A DNA stretch of 64,000 nt from Acidimicrobiales bacterium (GCA_965117015.1 OZ220747.1:649812-713811), one strand, 5' to 3'; numbered from the stretch's first letter, positions 46,152 through 55,769 are shown. Numbers and translations are program-made. Notes: generated from the sequence alone by a model not told the origin.

Positions 46152-47269
46152 CGCTCGGCCTCTAGGCGGGCTGCCCGGGCGATGGGCGAGCAGACCTCGG
46201 TGTCGCCGGCCAGCAGGCGCACCCGGTCGTGGTCCGTCACTTCGGCGACGGCGGAGATCCGCCGGGTGCCGTCGGGGGATCTCCCCAGATGCACGACGGC
46301 ATCGATGGCGGCGGTCACATGGTCCCGGACGGCCTCCACTCCCAGGCGCTCATCGGCGGCCGTGGCCAGCGCGGCCAGGCGGCGCAGCGCGTCGACCGGA
46401 CCGTTGGCGTGCACTGTGGAGAGGCACCCGGCGTGGCCGGTGTTCAGGGCATGCAGCAGATCGAGCGCCTCCGGGCCCCGCACCTCTCCCACCACCAGCC
46501 GGTCGGGACGCATCCGCAGCGCGTTGCGCACGAGGTCCCTGATCGTCACCGCCCCTCCACCCTCGCGGGACTCGGGCCGGGCCTCCAGCCTCACCACGTG
46601 GGGATGCTCCAGCTGCAGTTCGGCGGCGTCCTCGATGGTGATGACCCGCTGGTGGTGGCTCACCCGGCCGGCCAGGGCGTTGAGCAGAGTGGTCTTGCCC
46701 GCTCCCGTGCCGCCGCTCACGACGAGATTGGCCCCCCGGTCCACCAACTCCTCGAGCAGAGCCACCACGGCCGGGCCCGCGAACATCTCAAGGGCCACGT
46801 CGGGCACGACGAAGCGGCGGATCGTCACATACGGGCCGTCGACAGCCACCGGAGGAACAGCCACATGGACCCGGGAGCCGTCGGGCAGGCGACCGTCCAC
46901 GCAGGGGGTCAGCTGATCGACCCGGCGGCCCAGCGGGGACACGATTCTCTCGATGACCAGGTCGACGGCGACCCGGTCCAGCGACACCCCGCTCCGGCTC
47001 ACCGTGCCGCCCCGCTCGATCCACACCGGCCCCGGCCCGTTGATCATCACCTCGCTGACCGATGCATCGGCGAGCAGCGGCTCCAGGGGGCCCAGGCCAT
47101 GCACCCGGGCGGCGACCCGGGCCACCACGTCGTCGAGCACATGCGTCGGGGTGAGGGGGGCCAGAGCGCGGACGATGCCCGCTATGTCCACCGCCGGCAT
47201 CGGGCCTTCGGCAATCGTGTCGATCACCCGGCGATGCACGGCCTCCACCAGTTCGGCGGGGTCGGTCAT
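46148..47269 (-). CDS. CpaF/TadA-family secretion ATPase
   Basis: Walker A SGGTGAGKTT, Asp box, Walker B VITIEDAAEL and His box (HAGCLSTVHAN). Confidence 0.9.
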   Translation of the reverse strand: MTDPAELVEAVHRRVIDTIAEGPMPAVDIAGIVRALAPLTPTHVLDDVVARVAARVHGLGPLEPLLADASVSEVMINGPGPVWIERGGTVSRSGVSLDRVAVDLVIERIVSPLGRRVDQLTPCVDGRLPDGSRVHVAVPPVAVDGPYVTIRRFVVPDVALEMFAGPAVVALLEELVDRGANLVVSGGTGAGKTTLLNALAGRVSHHQRVITIEDAAELQLEHPHVVRLEARPESREGGGAVTIRDLVRNALRMRPDRLVVGEVRGPEALDLLHALNTGHAGCLSTVHANGPVDALRRLAALATAADERLGVEAVRDHVTAAIDAVVHLGRSPDGTRRISAVAEVTDHDRVRLLAGDTEVCSPIARAARLEAER

Positions 47270-47940
47270 GCCGGCAACTCGAAGCGGCGCAGCGGGGGAG
47301 GGAGCATGCTCACGATCGTCCCCGCGTCGACGGACCGGGCGACGCGGGGATCCCAGGCCACCCGCTTCACGCTGGAGGCGCCGACGGCGGCGGCCACGTC
47401 CCGCACTCGCAGAGCCCGGCCCGGCTCCTCCACCAGGACCACCGAGTCATAGGGACCGGCCGTTCGCTGGGCTCGGTTCAGGGCGAGGTAGCAGGACCGC
47501 AGCACGCACACCGGCCGGTGCGCGGCGGCAAGGTCGGTTCGCAGCTCGAACGGATCCAGCCCGGCGTCCACGACCACCGGACCGATGCGGGCCAGCATTT
47601 CGAGGGCCAGCACCAGCCTCGAACGCCGGTTCTCGCCGTCTGCGGTCTGGTCGGCCAGCGCGGGCTGGGTGCCTTCGCGCAACAGTCTCAGGCCCGGAGC
47701 CACATCCTCGAGCAGCCTGCCGATGGCGTCGGCCGCGACGCCGTCTCCCGCGGCCACCCAGTCGCCGATGCCGGGCTCCGACGGCGCCGCGCCGGCGATC
47801 ATGCCGAGCAGCGCCGGCTGGTCGCCGGTGAGGTCCACGAGCGTGGTCTCCCGGTCTTCTGAGGCCAGGCGGATAGCGGTCGCGGCAGCCACCACCGACG
47901 TGCCGACCCCGCCCTTGACGGACCAGTACCAGATGATCAT
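47266..47940 (-). CDS. ParA/MinD-like P-loop protein (Ssd/CpaE-like), first gene of the Tad locus
   Basis: Deviant Walker A SVKGGVGTSVVAAA. 4-bp overlap with the cpaF-like gene. Confidence 0.6.
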   Translation of the reverse strand: MIIWYWSVKGGVGTSVVAAATAIRLASEDRETTLVDLTGDQPALLGMIAGAAPSEPGIGDWVAAGDGVAADAIGRLLEDVAPGLRLLREGTQPALADQTADGENRRSRLVLALEMLARIGPVVVDAGLDPFELRTDLAAAHRPVCVLRSCYLALNRAQRTAGPYDSVVLVEEPGRALRVRDVAAAVGASSVKRVAWDPRVARSVDAGTIVSMLPPPLRRFELPA

Positions 47941-47982
47941 CCGCTCCTCCCCGCACGTCGGCGTGCCTTGACGGCGGGACTT

Positions 47983-48018
47983 GGAGCGCTGGGGCTCAGC
48001 CAGAAGGCTGAGCGCTCC
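47983..48018 (-). terminator. GC-rich bulged hairpin: a possible terminator after the LLM gene, or a leader structure of the Tad operon
   Basis: GCTCAGCC/GGCTGAGC (8 bp) plus GGAGC/GCTCC (5 bp) around an AGAA loop. No U-tract. Confidence 0.25.
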
Positions 48019-48082
48019 GGCGGCCGTCCCGGCATCCAGCGAACCGGGCCAGCGACGGCACTCTACAGGAGTTATCAGATAT

Positions 48083-48097
48083 TACAACCTGATTGTA
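48083..48097. promoter_or_regulatory. 15-bp palindrome TACAA-CCTGA-TTGTA in an AT-rich island; candidate operator/promoter region
   Basis: Perfect 5-bp arms inside the about 40-bp AT-rich stretch 48060-48100. On the minus strand, TTGTAA-16 nt-TAGAGT is a possible -35/-10 pair. Confidence 0.25.
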
Positions 48098-48100
48098 TGA

Positions 48101-49081
48101 CTATTCGATCATTCCCATGATCTTCGCCCCCGAGTGCAGCAGCTTCTCGGCCGGCTCGTCGTCGAGCAGCGGCACGAGGAAGGACTCGATCCCGTGCTGG
48201 GCGGCCAGGCTCTGGAGCTCCTCGGCGCACTCGCCCGGGGTGCCGGCGATCACGAAGGGCAGCGCCCACTCGTCGCGCACATGCTCGGCCGCGGCCTCGA
48301 GGCCGTCGGCCAGAGCCGCCCGGATCACAGCCGCGTCTGCTTCGCTGAGCCCGATGGCCTCCTGCACTTCGGGCGGCGTATCGACCAGCCGGTAGGTCAT
48401 GTGGGGCTTGACCGCGGCCATGGTGTCGTCGTCGGTCACCAGCATCGTGGAATAGGCGATGCGGGGATCGTTGCCCGCGGCCCGGCCCGCGCCCCGGATC
48501 CGCTCCACCGCCGCGCCCAGATGCGGCTTGTACAGGAAGTCCACCAGCACTCCGTCACAGGCGGCGCCGCCCAACTCCAGCATCCTCGGCCCCCGTCCGG
48601 CCAGCCAGATCTCGAGACCGGCGCGGGCATTCAGCAGCGAGGCCTCGCGCAGTATCACGTGGGAGCCCTCGACGGTGACGGTGTCTCCCGCGAACAGACG
48701 CCGGCAGGCGGCGACAGTCTCGCGCACCGCGGCCAGGGGCCGTTCGCGGGCGATGCCGAGGGGGTCGAGCGTGAGGCTGCCTCCGGCGCCGATGCCGAGG
48801 AAGGCCCGCCCGCCCGACAGCTCGTCGAGCGAGGCGATGGCCCCGACGGTGGCTCCTGCGTGGCGGGTGTAGGGGTTGGTGATGCCCGGGCCGATCTCGA
48901 GGGACTCGGTCGCCGTCGCGATGGCGGTCAGCGCCACGTACACGTCGCTGGCCGCGAGCCCCTCGTCGTACACCCAGCAGCGCTCGTAGCCGAGACTCTC
49001 GGCCAGCCGGGCGAGCTCGACCGCCCGCTCGACCGACCCATGGGGCAACACGTTGAGTTCGGGCCGGACCACGGAACTCAC
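48101..49081 (-). CDS. Luciferase-like monooxygenase (LLM) family oxidoreductase, probably F420-dependent
   Basis: GTG at 49081 chosen, 1 nt after the upstream stop. LAESLGYERCWVYDEGLAASDVYVALTAIATATESLEIGPGITNPYTRH...GIGAGG. Confidence 0.7.
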   Translation of the reverse strand: MSSVVRPELNVLPHGSVERAVELARLAESLGYERCWVYDEGLAASDVYVALTAIATATESLEIGPGITNPYTRHAGATVGAIASLDELSGGRAFLGIGAGGSLTLDPLGIARERPLAAVRETVAACRRLFAGDTVTVEGSHVILREASLLNARAGLEIWLAGRGPRMLELGGAACDGVLVDFLYKPHLGAAVERIRGAGRAAGNDPRIAYSTMLVTDDDTMAAVKPHMTYRLVDTPPEVQEAIGLSEADAAVIRAALADGLEAAAEHVRDEWALPFVIAGTPGECAEELQSLAAQHGIESFLVPLLDDEPAEKLLHSGAKIMGMIE

Positions 49082-49082
49082 C

Positions 49083-49859
49083 CTATTGCCGGAGGCGGGC
49101 TTGAACGGCCTCCAGTACTCCGTTGCCCACGGCCAGGGCCTTGTCGGAGATCTTCCAGCACTCGGCCCGGTCGCCGCGGGGGTCGACATCGCCGATCTTG
49201 AGGCCGGCCCGCACCTGCATGCCGCTGCGGATGGCACCCCTCACGACGCCATCGAACGGCGCCCGGACGGTCGCATCGTCCACCGCCCCGAGCGGCTGAC
49301 CCCCGCTGACCAAGTCCCCGATGGCGATTCGCCACTCGACGGCTCCGGCGGTGGGAGCGCGAACGACCCGGTCGGCTGATCGACCCCCGAGTTCGGCGGG
49401 TGTGCCTGTGTCGGGCTGGGCCTGCCCCGTCCAGACGACCCGGCCCAGGTTCGGCCCCCGCATGGTCTCAACCACGGCGTGGCAGTCCACGCCCGCTGTG
49501 AACCCCGGCCCCAGGGCCACGACCACCTCGGCGTCGTCGGTGGAGGTGTCGATGTTGCGCTTGGCCATCCTGGCATCCACGACCACATCGGGTCGGATGG
49601 CCCCCAGCACCGTCAACTCAGGAGCGACGAGTACGGCCACATCACCCTGTTCGGCAACGGCCAGCGCCTCCGTGGGCGACTCGGCCCGCACGCCCCTCAT
49701 CCCCTGCACGGTGATCTCACCGTCGGTGACCGCGGTCGACAGCGACACCGTGCGGCGTACGGTCAGAGGCGCGGGCAGCTCCAGCACCACCACCGGCCAG
49801 CCCTGCCTCGCGAGGTGCCAGGCGACTCCAGTGGCCAGATCGCCCCCGCCCCGCAGCAC
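49083..49859 (-). CDS. YqeB-family (EF2563-like) molybdenum hydroxylase maturation protein
   Basis: MLRGGGDLATGVAWHLARQGWPVVVLELPAPLTVRRTVSLSTAV matches my recollection of the stand-alone YqeB C-terminal family (~256 aa). It sits next to an XdhC-like gene. Confidence 0.55.
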   Translation of the reverse strand: MLRGGGDLATGVAWHLARQGWPVVVLELPAPLTVRRTVSLSTAVTDGEITVQGMRGVRAESPTEALAVAEQGDVAVLVAPELTVLGAIRPDVVVDARMAKRNIDTSTDDAEVVVALGPGFTAGVDCHAVVETMRGPNLGRVVWTGQAQPDTGTPAELGGRSADRVVRAPTAGAVEWRIAIGDLVSGGQPLGAVDDATVRAPFDGVVRGAIRSGMQVRAGLKIGDVDPRGDRAECWKISDKALAVGNGVLEAVQARLRQ

Positions 49860-49869
49860 GCACAGCGGC

Positions 49870-50664
49870 TCACGTACGGCGATGGGCGACCACCTCGGCC
49901 ATGATGCTCAGCGCGATCTCCTCGGGGGTCTCGGCGCCCACCTCGATGCCGATGGGCGCATGCACCCGGTCGAGCGCGGCCGGATCCACACCCTCGGCCT
50001 CCAAGCGGTCCCGGGTGGTGGCCCAGCGGCGCTCGCTGCCCATCACCCCCACGTAGCCGGCATCGGTGGCCAGCAGCGCGGGCAGGGCTGCTGAGTCGAC
50101 GTCCACGTTGCGGGTCACCAGCACCACCGACACGTCCTGGTCCAGGGTTCGCCCCTCGAGCAGATCGTCGACCGATCCGATGACCAACTCGTCCGGGGCG
50201 CCGTCGCCGCCGGGCACTCCCGGGTCCGGCCCCCCCGGCGCATCGCCGTCGGCCATCTGGCGGTCGTCGGTGGCCACCACCCGGAAGCCCAGCCATCCGG
50301 CGAGCTGGGCCACGGCCCGTCCCACGTGTCCGTATCCCATGACAATGACGGTCGGCTTGGGCATATGCGGCTCCACGAATATCTGGACGTCGCCCCCGCA
50401 GACGCCGGGATCGCCCCGGCCGGGATCGACTAGACGGTACGACAGCAGGCGGCAGCGGCCGTCAGTGAGTGCGGCCACCGCCTCGTCCACGACCCGGGCC
50501 TCCATCTCTCCCCCGCCGACGGTGCCCGAGATGCTGCCGTCTCGGAACACCAGCATCTTGGCCCCGGCCCGGCGGGGCACCGAGCGCGACGTGTCGACCA
50601 CCGTGGCCGAGGCGACGGCCACACCGCAGTCCACGGCCTCAGAGAGCTGGCGGAGCAGGCTCAC
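49870..50664 (-). CDS. XdhC/CoxI-family molybdenum cofactor insertion chaperone
   Basis: N-terminal XdhC_CoxI pattern (ATVVDTSRSVPRRAGAKMLV..DGSISGTVGGGEME) plus a Rossmann C-domain (VIVMGYGHVGRAVAQLA). Confidence 0.75.
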   Translation of the reverse strand: MSLLRQLSEAVDCGVAVASATVVDTSRSVPRRAGAKMLVFRDGSISGTVGGGEMEARVVDEAVAALTDGRCRLLSYRLVDPGRGDPGVCGGDVQIFVEPHMPKPTVIVMGYGHVGRAVAQLAGWLGFRVVATDDRQMADGDAPGGPDPGVPGGDGAPDELVIGSVDDLLEGRTLDQDVSVVLVTRNVDVDSAALPALLATDAGYVGVMGSERRWATTRDRLEAEGVDPAALDRVHAPIGIEVGAETPEEIALSIMAEVVAHRRT

Positions 50665-50695
50665 GACCGGAGCCTCGCAGCCTGTTCAAGGAAGC

Positions 50696-52030
50696 TCACG
50701 ACCACAGCCTCGCAGCCTGTTCGAGGGTATGGGCGCGCAGCTTCTCAGTATCGGCACCGATCACCTCGCCGCCGTCGACGATCCAGTCCCCTCCCACCAT
50801 CACGCTGCTCACATCCGAGGCGCTGCGCCACAGCACCAGCTGGTCCAGCAGGTTGTGGGCCTCCACCGGGGTGGGCAGGCCCCGGGGACCCTCAAGGTCG
50901 ACGAGCTGCAGGTCGGCGTGCCATCCGGGCTCCAGCCGCCCCACCCTCTCCAGGCCCAGGGTGCGGGCCGCGCCCTCGGTGGCCAGATGCAACACGCTGG
51001 CCGCGCTGATCGCGCCGGGGTCGAGGGTGGCCGCCCGGTGCAGCAGGAACGCGCCCCTCATCACCGCGAACATGTCGTTGAGATAGCCGTCGGAGCCGAG
51101 CCCGACGGTGACGCCCCGCTCCAGCAGCTCGAGCACCGGGGCGATCCCTCCCCCGACCTCGCAGTTCGAGAGCGGCATGTGAGAGACCCTGATGCCGGAC
51201 TCGGCGATGATGTCGACCTCGCGGGGCGACAGCTGCACGCACTGGCTGGCCTGGAAGCGGGGCGAGGCCACCCCGATGCGGTCGTAGAACTCCAGCGTGC
51301 GCATGCCGTGGTGCTCTTCGCACCAGCGTCCCTCATGGACTCCCTCGTTGACATGGGCGTGACAGAACACGTCCAGGTCGGCAGCCGCATCGAAGGCCTG
51401 GCGGATGAAGGGTTCTCCGCATGTGAACGTGGTGTGGATGCACATGGCGCCCGACACCCGGCCGCCGCCTGGACCGGCCTCGGCCCGGCAGGCCTCGATG
51501 AAGCGGACGTTCTCGTCCAGGCCGGCCTGGCCGTTGGCCGCGCCCATCCGCTCGGTGGCCTCGAACGACAGCACGCCACGCAGGCCGCTGCCGGCCACCG
51601 CCTCACGCTGCGCGAGCAGCGCGCCGGGCAGGGCGTTGGGGGCTTCGAGGATGTCGAAGAAGCTGGTCGTGCCGCCGGCGGCCAGATCGGCCGTCACCCA
51701 GGCGGCCGCGGCCGTGATCATCTCGTGGTCGAGGGCGTTCTCCACCAGCGGCCACCAGTAGTCGTCCAGGAAGCCCCAGAAGTCGGCGACCGGCACCGCG
51801 GGAGCGGGAACGCCGTGGGCCAGCACCCCGTACAGGTGCACGTGCGCGTTGACGAAGCCGGGCAGCAGCACGCAACCGGTGCCGTCGAAGAAGCCGTCGT
51901 CGGGGTAGCGGGCTCGCAGCTCGCCGGCCGGACCGGAGTCGTCGATCAGACCGTCGACCACGCGCACCGCCCAGCGCCGGCGGGGCTCGTCCAGCGCCGC
52001 GGTCACGGCCCAGTCCGCCCCGATGATCAT
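50696..52030 (-). CDS. SsnA-like amidohydrolase (cytosine/guanine-deaminase superfamily)
   Basis: Metal ligands PGFVNAHVHLYG, then DFWGFLDDYWWPLVENAL (SsnA-like), then HAHVNEG and GLGSDG. Confidence 0.65.
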   Translation of the reverse strand: MIIGADWAVTAALDEPRRRWAVRVVDGLIDDSGPAGELRARYPDDGFFDGTGCVLLPGFVNAHVHLYGVLAHGVPAPAVPVADFWGFLDDYWWPLVENALDHEMITAAAAWVTADLAAGGTTSFFDILEAPNALPGALLAQREAVAGSGLRGVLSFEATERMGAANGQAGLDENVRFIEACRAEAGPGGGRVSGAMCIHTTFTCGEPFIRQAFDAAADLDVFCHAHVNEGVHEGRWCEEHHGMRTLEFYDRIGVASPRFQASQCVQLSPREVDIIAESGIRVSHMPLSNCEVGGGIAPVLELLERGVTVGLGSDGYLNDMFAVMRGAFLLHRAATLDPGAISAASVLHLATEGAARTLGLERVGRLEPGWHADLQLVDLEGPRGLPTPVEAHNLLDQLVLWRSASDVSSVMVGGDWIVDGGEVIGADTEKLRAHTLEQAARLWS

Positions 52031-52036
52031 CCCAAT

Positions 52037-54970
52037 TTATGCTTCGGCAGCCTGCAGTGCGGCCCAGACTCGCTCCGGGGTGAAGGGCAGATCGTTGATG
52101 GCCACCCCGGTTGCGTCGAGGATGGCGTTGCGCACGGCCGGGGCCACGCCGTCCTTGGGAATCTCGGCCACCGCCTTGGCTCCGAACGGGCCGCTGTCCT
52201 CCATGGTCTGCACCAGGTACACGACGGTGTCGGGCATCTCGTCGGCCCGGTAGATCTTGTAGGGGCCGAACGACGGGTTGACCATGCGCCCCTCGTCGTC
52301 GAGCACCATCTCCTCGCAGTGGGCGTACCCGAGGGCCTGGATCATTCCGCCCTCCACCTGACCGCTGGCGGTGACTGGGTTGATGGCCACGCCGCAGTCC
52401 ACCGCCATCACCAGCTTGGTCACCGTGACCTGGCCGGTGTCGACGTCCACCTCCACCTCTGCGAACTGGGCCGCGAACGGGGGCGGGCAGTCCGGCGACA
52501 CGTGCGAGGCGGTGCCCATGATCTGCTCCTGCTCCTGCCAGTGCAGCGAGTCGAGGGCGATCTCCTCCAGCGTGACCGAGCGCCCGTCGGCCGCGTAGGC
52601 GCGGCGGTCGCGCAGCTCGATCGTGCAGGGCTCGTCCACCTCCAGCAGCATCGCGGCCCGCGCCTTGAGCCGCTCCCGGACCGCCTCCGCGGCCCGCAGC
52701 GCGGCCGTGCCCGAGATGTAGGTGGTGGACGAGGCGTAAGCGCCGGTGTCGAACGGGGTCATGTCGGTGTCGCTGGAGTACACCTTGATGTCGTCGAGGG
52801 GCACGCCGAGGACCTCGGCTGCGATCTGGCCGATCACGGTGTCGGCGCCGGTGCCTAGGTCGGTGGCCCCGATGAGCATGTTGAACGACCCGTCGTCGTT
52901 GAGCTTGATGGAGCAGCCCCCCATGTCCAGGAACGGGATGGCCGTGCCGTGCATGCAAAAGGCGAAGCCCAGGCCCCGCCGGATGTTTCCACGGTCGGCC
53001 GGAGCCTTCCAGGCCGCGTCGTTGCGGCGGTCCCAGTCGACCTCGCGCATCCCCTGGGCCACGCACTCCTCGATGCCCGACGACATGATCTTCGGGTACT
53101 CGTCGAGCTCCTCCTCGGCCACGGCCCGCTCGCCCAGATGGGGGGCGATGTCCATCTCGTCGCCCACCTTCACCCAGTTGCGCCGCTTGAACTCGATGGG
53201 GTCGAGGTCGAGGGCCCGGGCGATGTCCTCCATGTGGGCCTCGAGCGCGAACTCGGCCTGGGGCGCGCCGTAGCCCCGGTAGGCGCCGGGCACCGGGATG
53301 TTGGTGTAGACGACGTGGCAGTCGAAGCGCTTGGAGGCGGCGTTGTAGGACGTGAGGCCGCGCAGCCCGGAAACGATCTGCACGGTGAAGCCGTGGGTGC
53401 CGTAGGGGCCGGTGTTGCCGATGATGCGCATGTCCTGGGCCAGCAGCCTGCCGTCGTCGTCGACCGCGGTGCGGTAGGTGATGGTCTGGGGGTGGCGGGT
53501 CCGGCTGGCGTAGAACTCCTCGGCCCGGTCGAGCTCCAGGCGCACCGGGCGGCGGGTGGCGATGGCGAGGTGGGCCACGATGTCCTCGATCAGCATCTCC
53601 TGCTTGGCTCCGAAGCCGCCGCCGATGCGGGGCTTGATCACCCGGATGTCCTTGATCTCCATGTCGATGAGCGGCGCCAGCATCCGGCGGGTGTGGAACG
53701 GCACCTGGGTGGCGGTGCGCACCACCATGCGTTCATCGGAGTCGAGCCATGCCATCGAGATGTGGGGCTCGATGGGGCACTGCTGGACCTGGTGCACCCT
53801 GAACGTCTGCTCGAACACATGGGGCGCGGCCTCGAGGTTGCCGTCGACATCGCCGCGCTTGGCCGCCATGTGGTGCACCAGGTTGCGCTGCGGGTCGCAG
53901 ATGTGGGTGGTGTCGTCCTCGTCGTGGACCTTGGGGGCGTCGAGGTCCATGGCGTAGCGCTCGTCGAACACCGCGCCGAGCATCTCGTATTCGACCTCGA
54001 TGAGCCGCACGGCCTCCTCGGCCGCCTCGACGGTCTCGGCGGCCACCGCGGCCACGCGGTCGCCGACGTGGCGGACCCGGTCGTCGAAGCTGACCTGGTC
54101 GTAGGGGTGGGGATTGGGCCAGCTCTGCCCGCCCGAGGCGTACTTGACCCTCGGAGTGTTGCCGTAGTGCAGCACCGCGTGCACGCCGGGGACCGCTCGG
54201 GCCTTCGAATCGTCGATGCTCAGGATGCGGGCGTGGGCGTGGGGGCTGCGCAGCACCTTGGCGTACAGCATCCCCCGGGGCTCGATGTCGTCGGTGAAGG
54301 CGGGATTGCCCTTGGCCAGGCGGACCGCGTCGACCTTGACCTCCGGCTTGCCCACCACCGCCATGTCGGGCACCTCACGGGACGGCACCAGGCGGGGCAC
54401 GGACTGGGGGGCGTCGGGGACCTCACCGCCGGCGCCGGCGGGGGCGGGACGGTAACCGTCGGTGAGCGGCTCGAGCACCAGCGGTGCGAACGGCTCGGTG
54501 TCCTCGCCCCGCAGGACGGCCGCGGCCCGCTTGACCGCCTCGACCGGCTTCACGTAGGCGGTCTCGCGGTCGAGGATGCCCGAGAGCATGTCCCTGATCT
54601 CAGCCTCGGAGGGGTCGGGGCTCTCCTCCAGCAGCGCCAGAGTGCCCAGGATCATCGCCCCCGCGGAGTAACCGGACTGGAAGGCGCCGACGGCCACGAA
54701 CGCGGTCTGCACGGGGTGCAGGTCCGGCGAGACATTGAGCGACTCGACGGTGGTGACCCGGTGGCCGTCCGCCGACGCGGCCAGGATGACGTCGCTGGAT
54801 GCCAGCCGGCCGTCGTAGAGGATCGCAGCCGCGCCGGTCTCGCCGCTGTCGGAGCCGTAGTGCACCGAGAACATGCCCAAGCGTCTCAGCGTCTCCCGCA
54901 GAGTGTGGTGCGGCTCGACATCCACCGTGACCGGGGAGCCGTTGAGTTCGAAGGTGACGTCGATGGTCAT
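52037..54970 (-). CDS. XdhD/YgfN-like molybdopterin hydroxylase large subunit fused to a Cys-less 2Fe-2S-like N-terminal domain
   Basis: 977 aa. The N-terminal ~165 aa has the CoxS/Fer2_2 layout but no cysteines. The aldehyde-oxidase/xanthine-dehydrogenase a/b hammerhead and Moco domains follow (LRSPHAHARI, RHVGDRVAAVAAE, QQCPIEPH, GGGFGAK, GPFGAKAVAE). Confidence 0.75.
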   Translation of the reverse strand: MTIDVTFELNGSPVTVDVEPHHTLRETLRRLGMFSVHYGSDSGETGAAAILYDGRLASSDVILAASADGHRVTTVESLNVSPDLHPVQTAFVAVGAFQSGYSAGAMILGTLALLEESPDPSEAEIRDMLSGILDRETAYVKPVEAVKRAAAVLRGEDTEPFAPLVLEPLTDGYRPAPAGAGGEVPDAPQSVPRLVPSREVPDMAVVGKPEVKVDAVRLAKGNPAFTDDIEPRGMLYAKVLRSPHAHARILSIDDSKARAVPGVHAVLHYGNTPRVKYASGGQSWPNPHPYDQVSFDDRVRHVGDRVAAVAAETVEAAEEAVRLIEVEYEMLGAVFDERYAMDLDAPKVHDEDDTTHICDPQRNLVHHMAAKRGDVDGNLEAAPHVFEQTFRVHQVQQCPIEPHISMAWLDSDERMVVRTATQVPFHTRRMLAPLIDMEIKDIRVIKPRIGGGFGAKQEMLIEDIVAHLAIATRRPVRLELDRAEEFYASRTRHPQTITYRTAVDDDGRLLAQDMRIIGNTGPYGTHGFTVQIVSGLRGLTSYNAASKRFDCHVVYTNIPVPGAYRGYGAPQAEFALEAHMEDIARALDLDPIEFKRRNWVKVGDEMDIAPHLGERAVAEEELDEYPKIMSSGIEECVAQGMREVDWDRRNDAAWKAPADRGNIRRGLGFAFCMHGTAIPFLDMGGCSIKLNDDGSFNMLIGATDLGTGADTVIGQIAAEVLGVPLDDIKVYSSDTDMTPFDTGAYASSTTYISGTAALRAAEAVRERLKARAAMLLEVDEPCTIELRDRRAYAADGRSVTLEEIALDSLHWQEQEQIMGTASHVSPDCPPPFAAQFAEVEVDVDTGQVTVTKLVMAVDCGVAINPVTASGQVEGGMIQALGYAHCEEMVLDDEGRMVNPSFGPYKIYRADEMPDTVVYLVQTMEDSGPFGAKAVAEIPKDGVAPAVRNAILDATGVAINDLPFTPERVWAALQAAEA

Positions 54971-55695
54971 GGGTACAGCTCCTGCATGACCCGGGCCGTG
55001 AGTGTGACAGCCAGGTGGAGGCGGTACTGGCGGCTGCCCCGGAAGTCTCCCGCGGGCTCCAAGCCGGCAGTCGGGTCGTAGACGTCAACCAGCACGGGAT
55101 GGTCACCGACGCCGGTGAGAGCCATGGCCACGAAGCCCTCCATACGGCGCCCGTAGGCCGCCACGATGGGCACGTCCGCCGGGGTGCGGCCGGTGCGAGC
55201 CGTCGCGGTGCGACCGGAGGGGTCAACGGTTACCGCAGTGATCAGCGAGCCTTGGGGAAGTCCGGTCGCAAGCAGTTCGGCCAGACTCACGTCGGATGCC
55301 GGACCGGCCAACTCCACCCGGCCGCCATGGGCCAGCAGGCCCGCTAGCAGCAGGCTCTCAGCCGAGGCCTTGGCCACGAGGCCGCCCACCGAGGCCAGCG
55401 TCCGCAGGGTGGACGGCTGCTCGAGCCGGGCCAGCTCCCGCAGCGAGTCGGGCAGCAGTTCGCAGCGCCGGACGGCATCGAGGGTGGCGGTGGCCCCGAT
55501 GCGCACCGTCCCGCCCTCGGCGGCCGCGATGCCGTCGAGCCCCAGCGACTGAAGGTCCACTGCCTCCAGGTCGGACGGCTCCCGGTCGGCGTTGAGTGTC
55601 GTCCCGCCTCCGAGAGCCACCCGATCGGGAGCACTCAGCAGGTCGAGCGCCTCATCCAGGGACGCGGGACGGTGATATGCGGTAACCAGCGGCAC
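54967..55695 (-). CDS. FAD-binding subunit of a molybdopterin dehydrogenase (YgfM/CoxM-like)
   Basis: YHRPASLDEALDLLS...ALGGGTTL is an FAD_binding_5 pattern. 242 aa. ATGA overlap with the large subunit. Confidence 0.7.
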   Translation of the reverse strand: MPLVTAYHRPASLDEALDLLSAPDRVALGGGTTLNADREPSDLEAVDLQSLGLDGIAAAEGGTVRIGATATLDAVRRCELLPDSLRELARLEQPSTLRTLASVGGLVAKASAESLLLAGLLAHGGRVELAGPASDVSLAELLATGLPQGSLITAVTVDPSGRTATARTGRTPADVPIVAAYGRRMEGFVAMALTGVGDHPVLVDVYDPTAGLEPAGDFRGSRQYRLHLAVTLTARVMQELYP

Positions 55696-55769
55696 GAGTA
55701 GAAACGCTAGCGCTCCCCCTGTGGACTTCTCCCATCCGCCGGGGCGGCGTCACCGGTGGCGGCGAGCCC

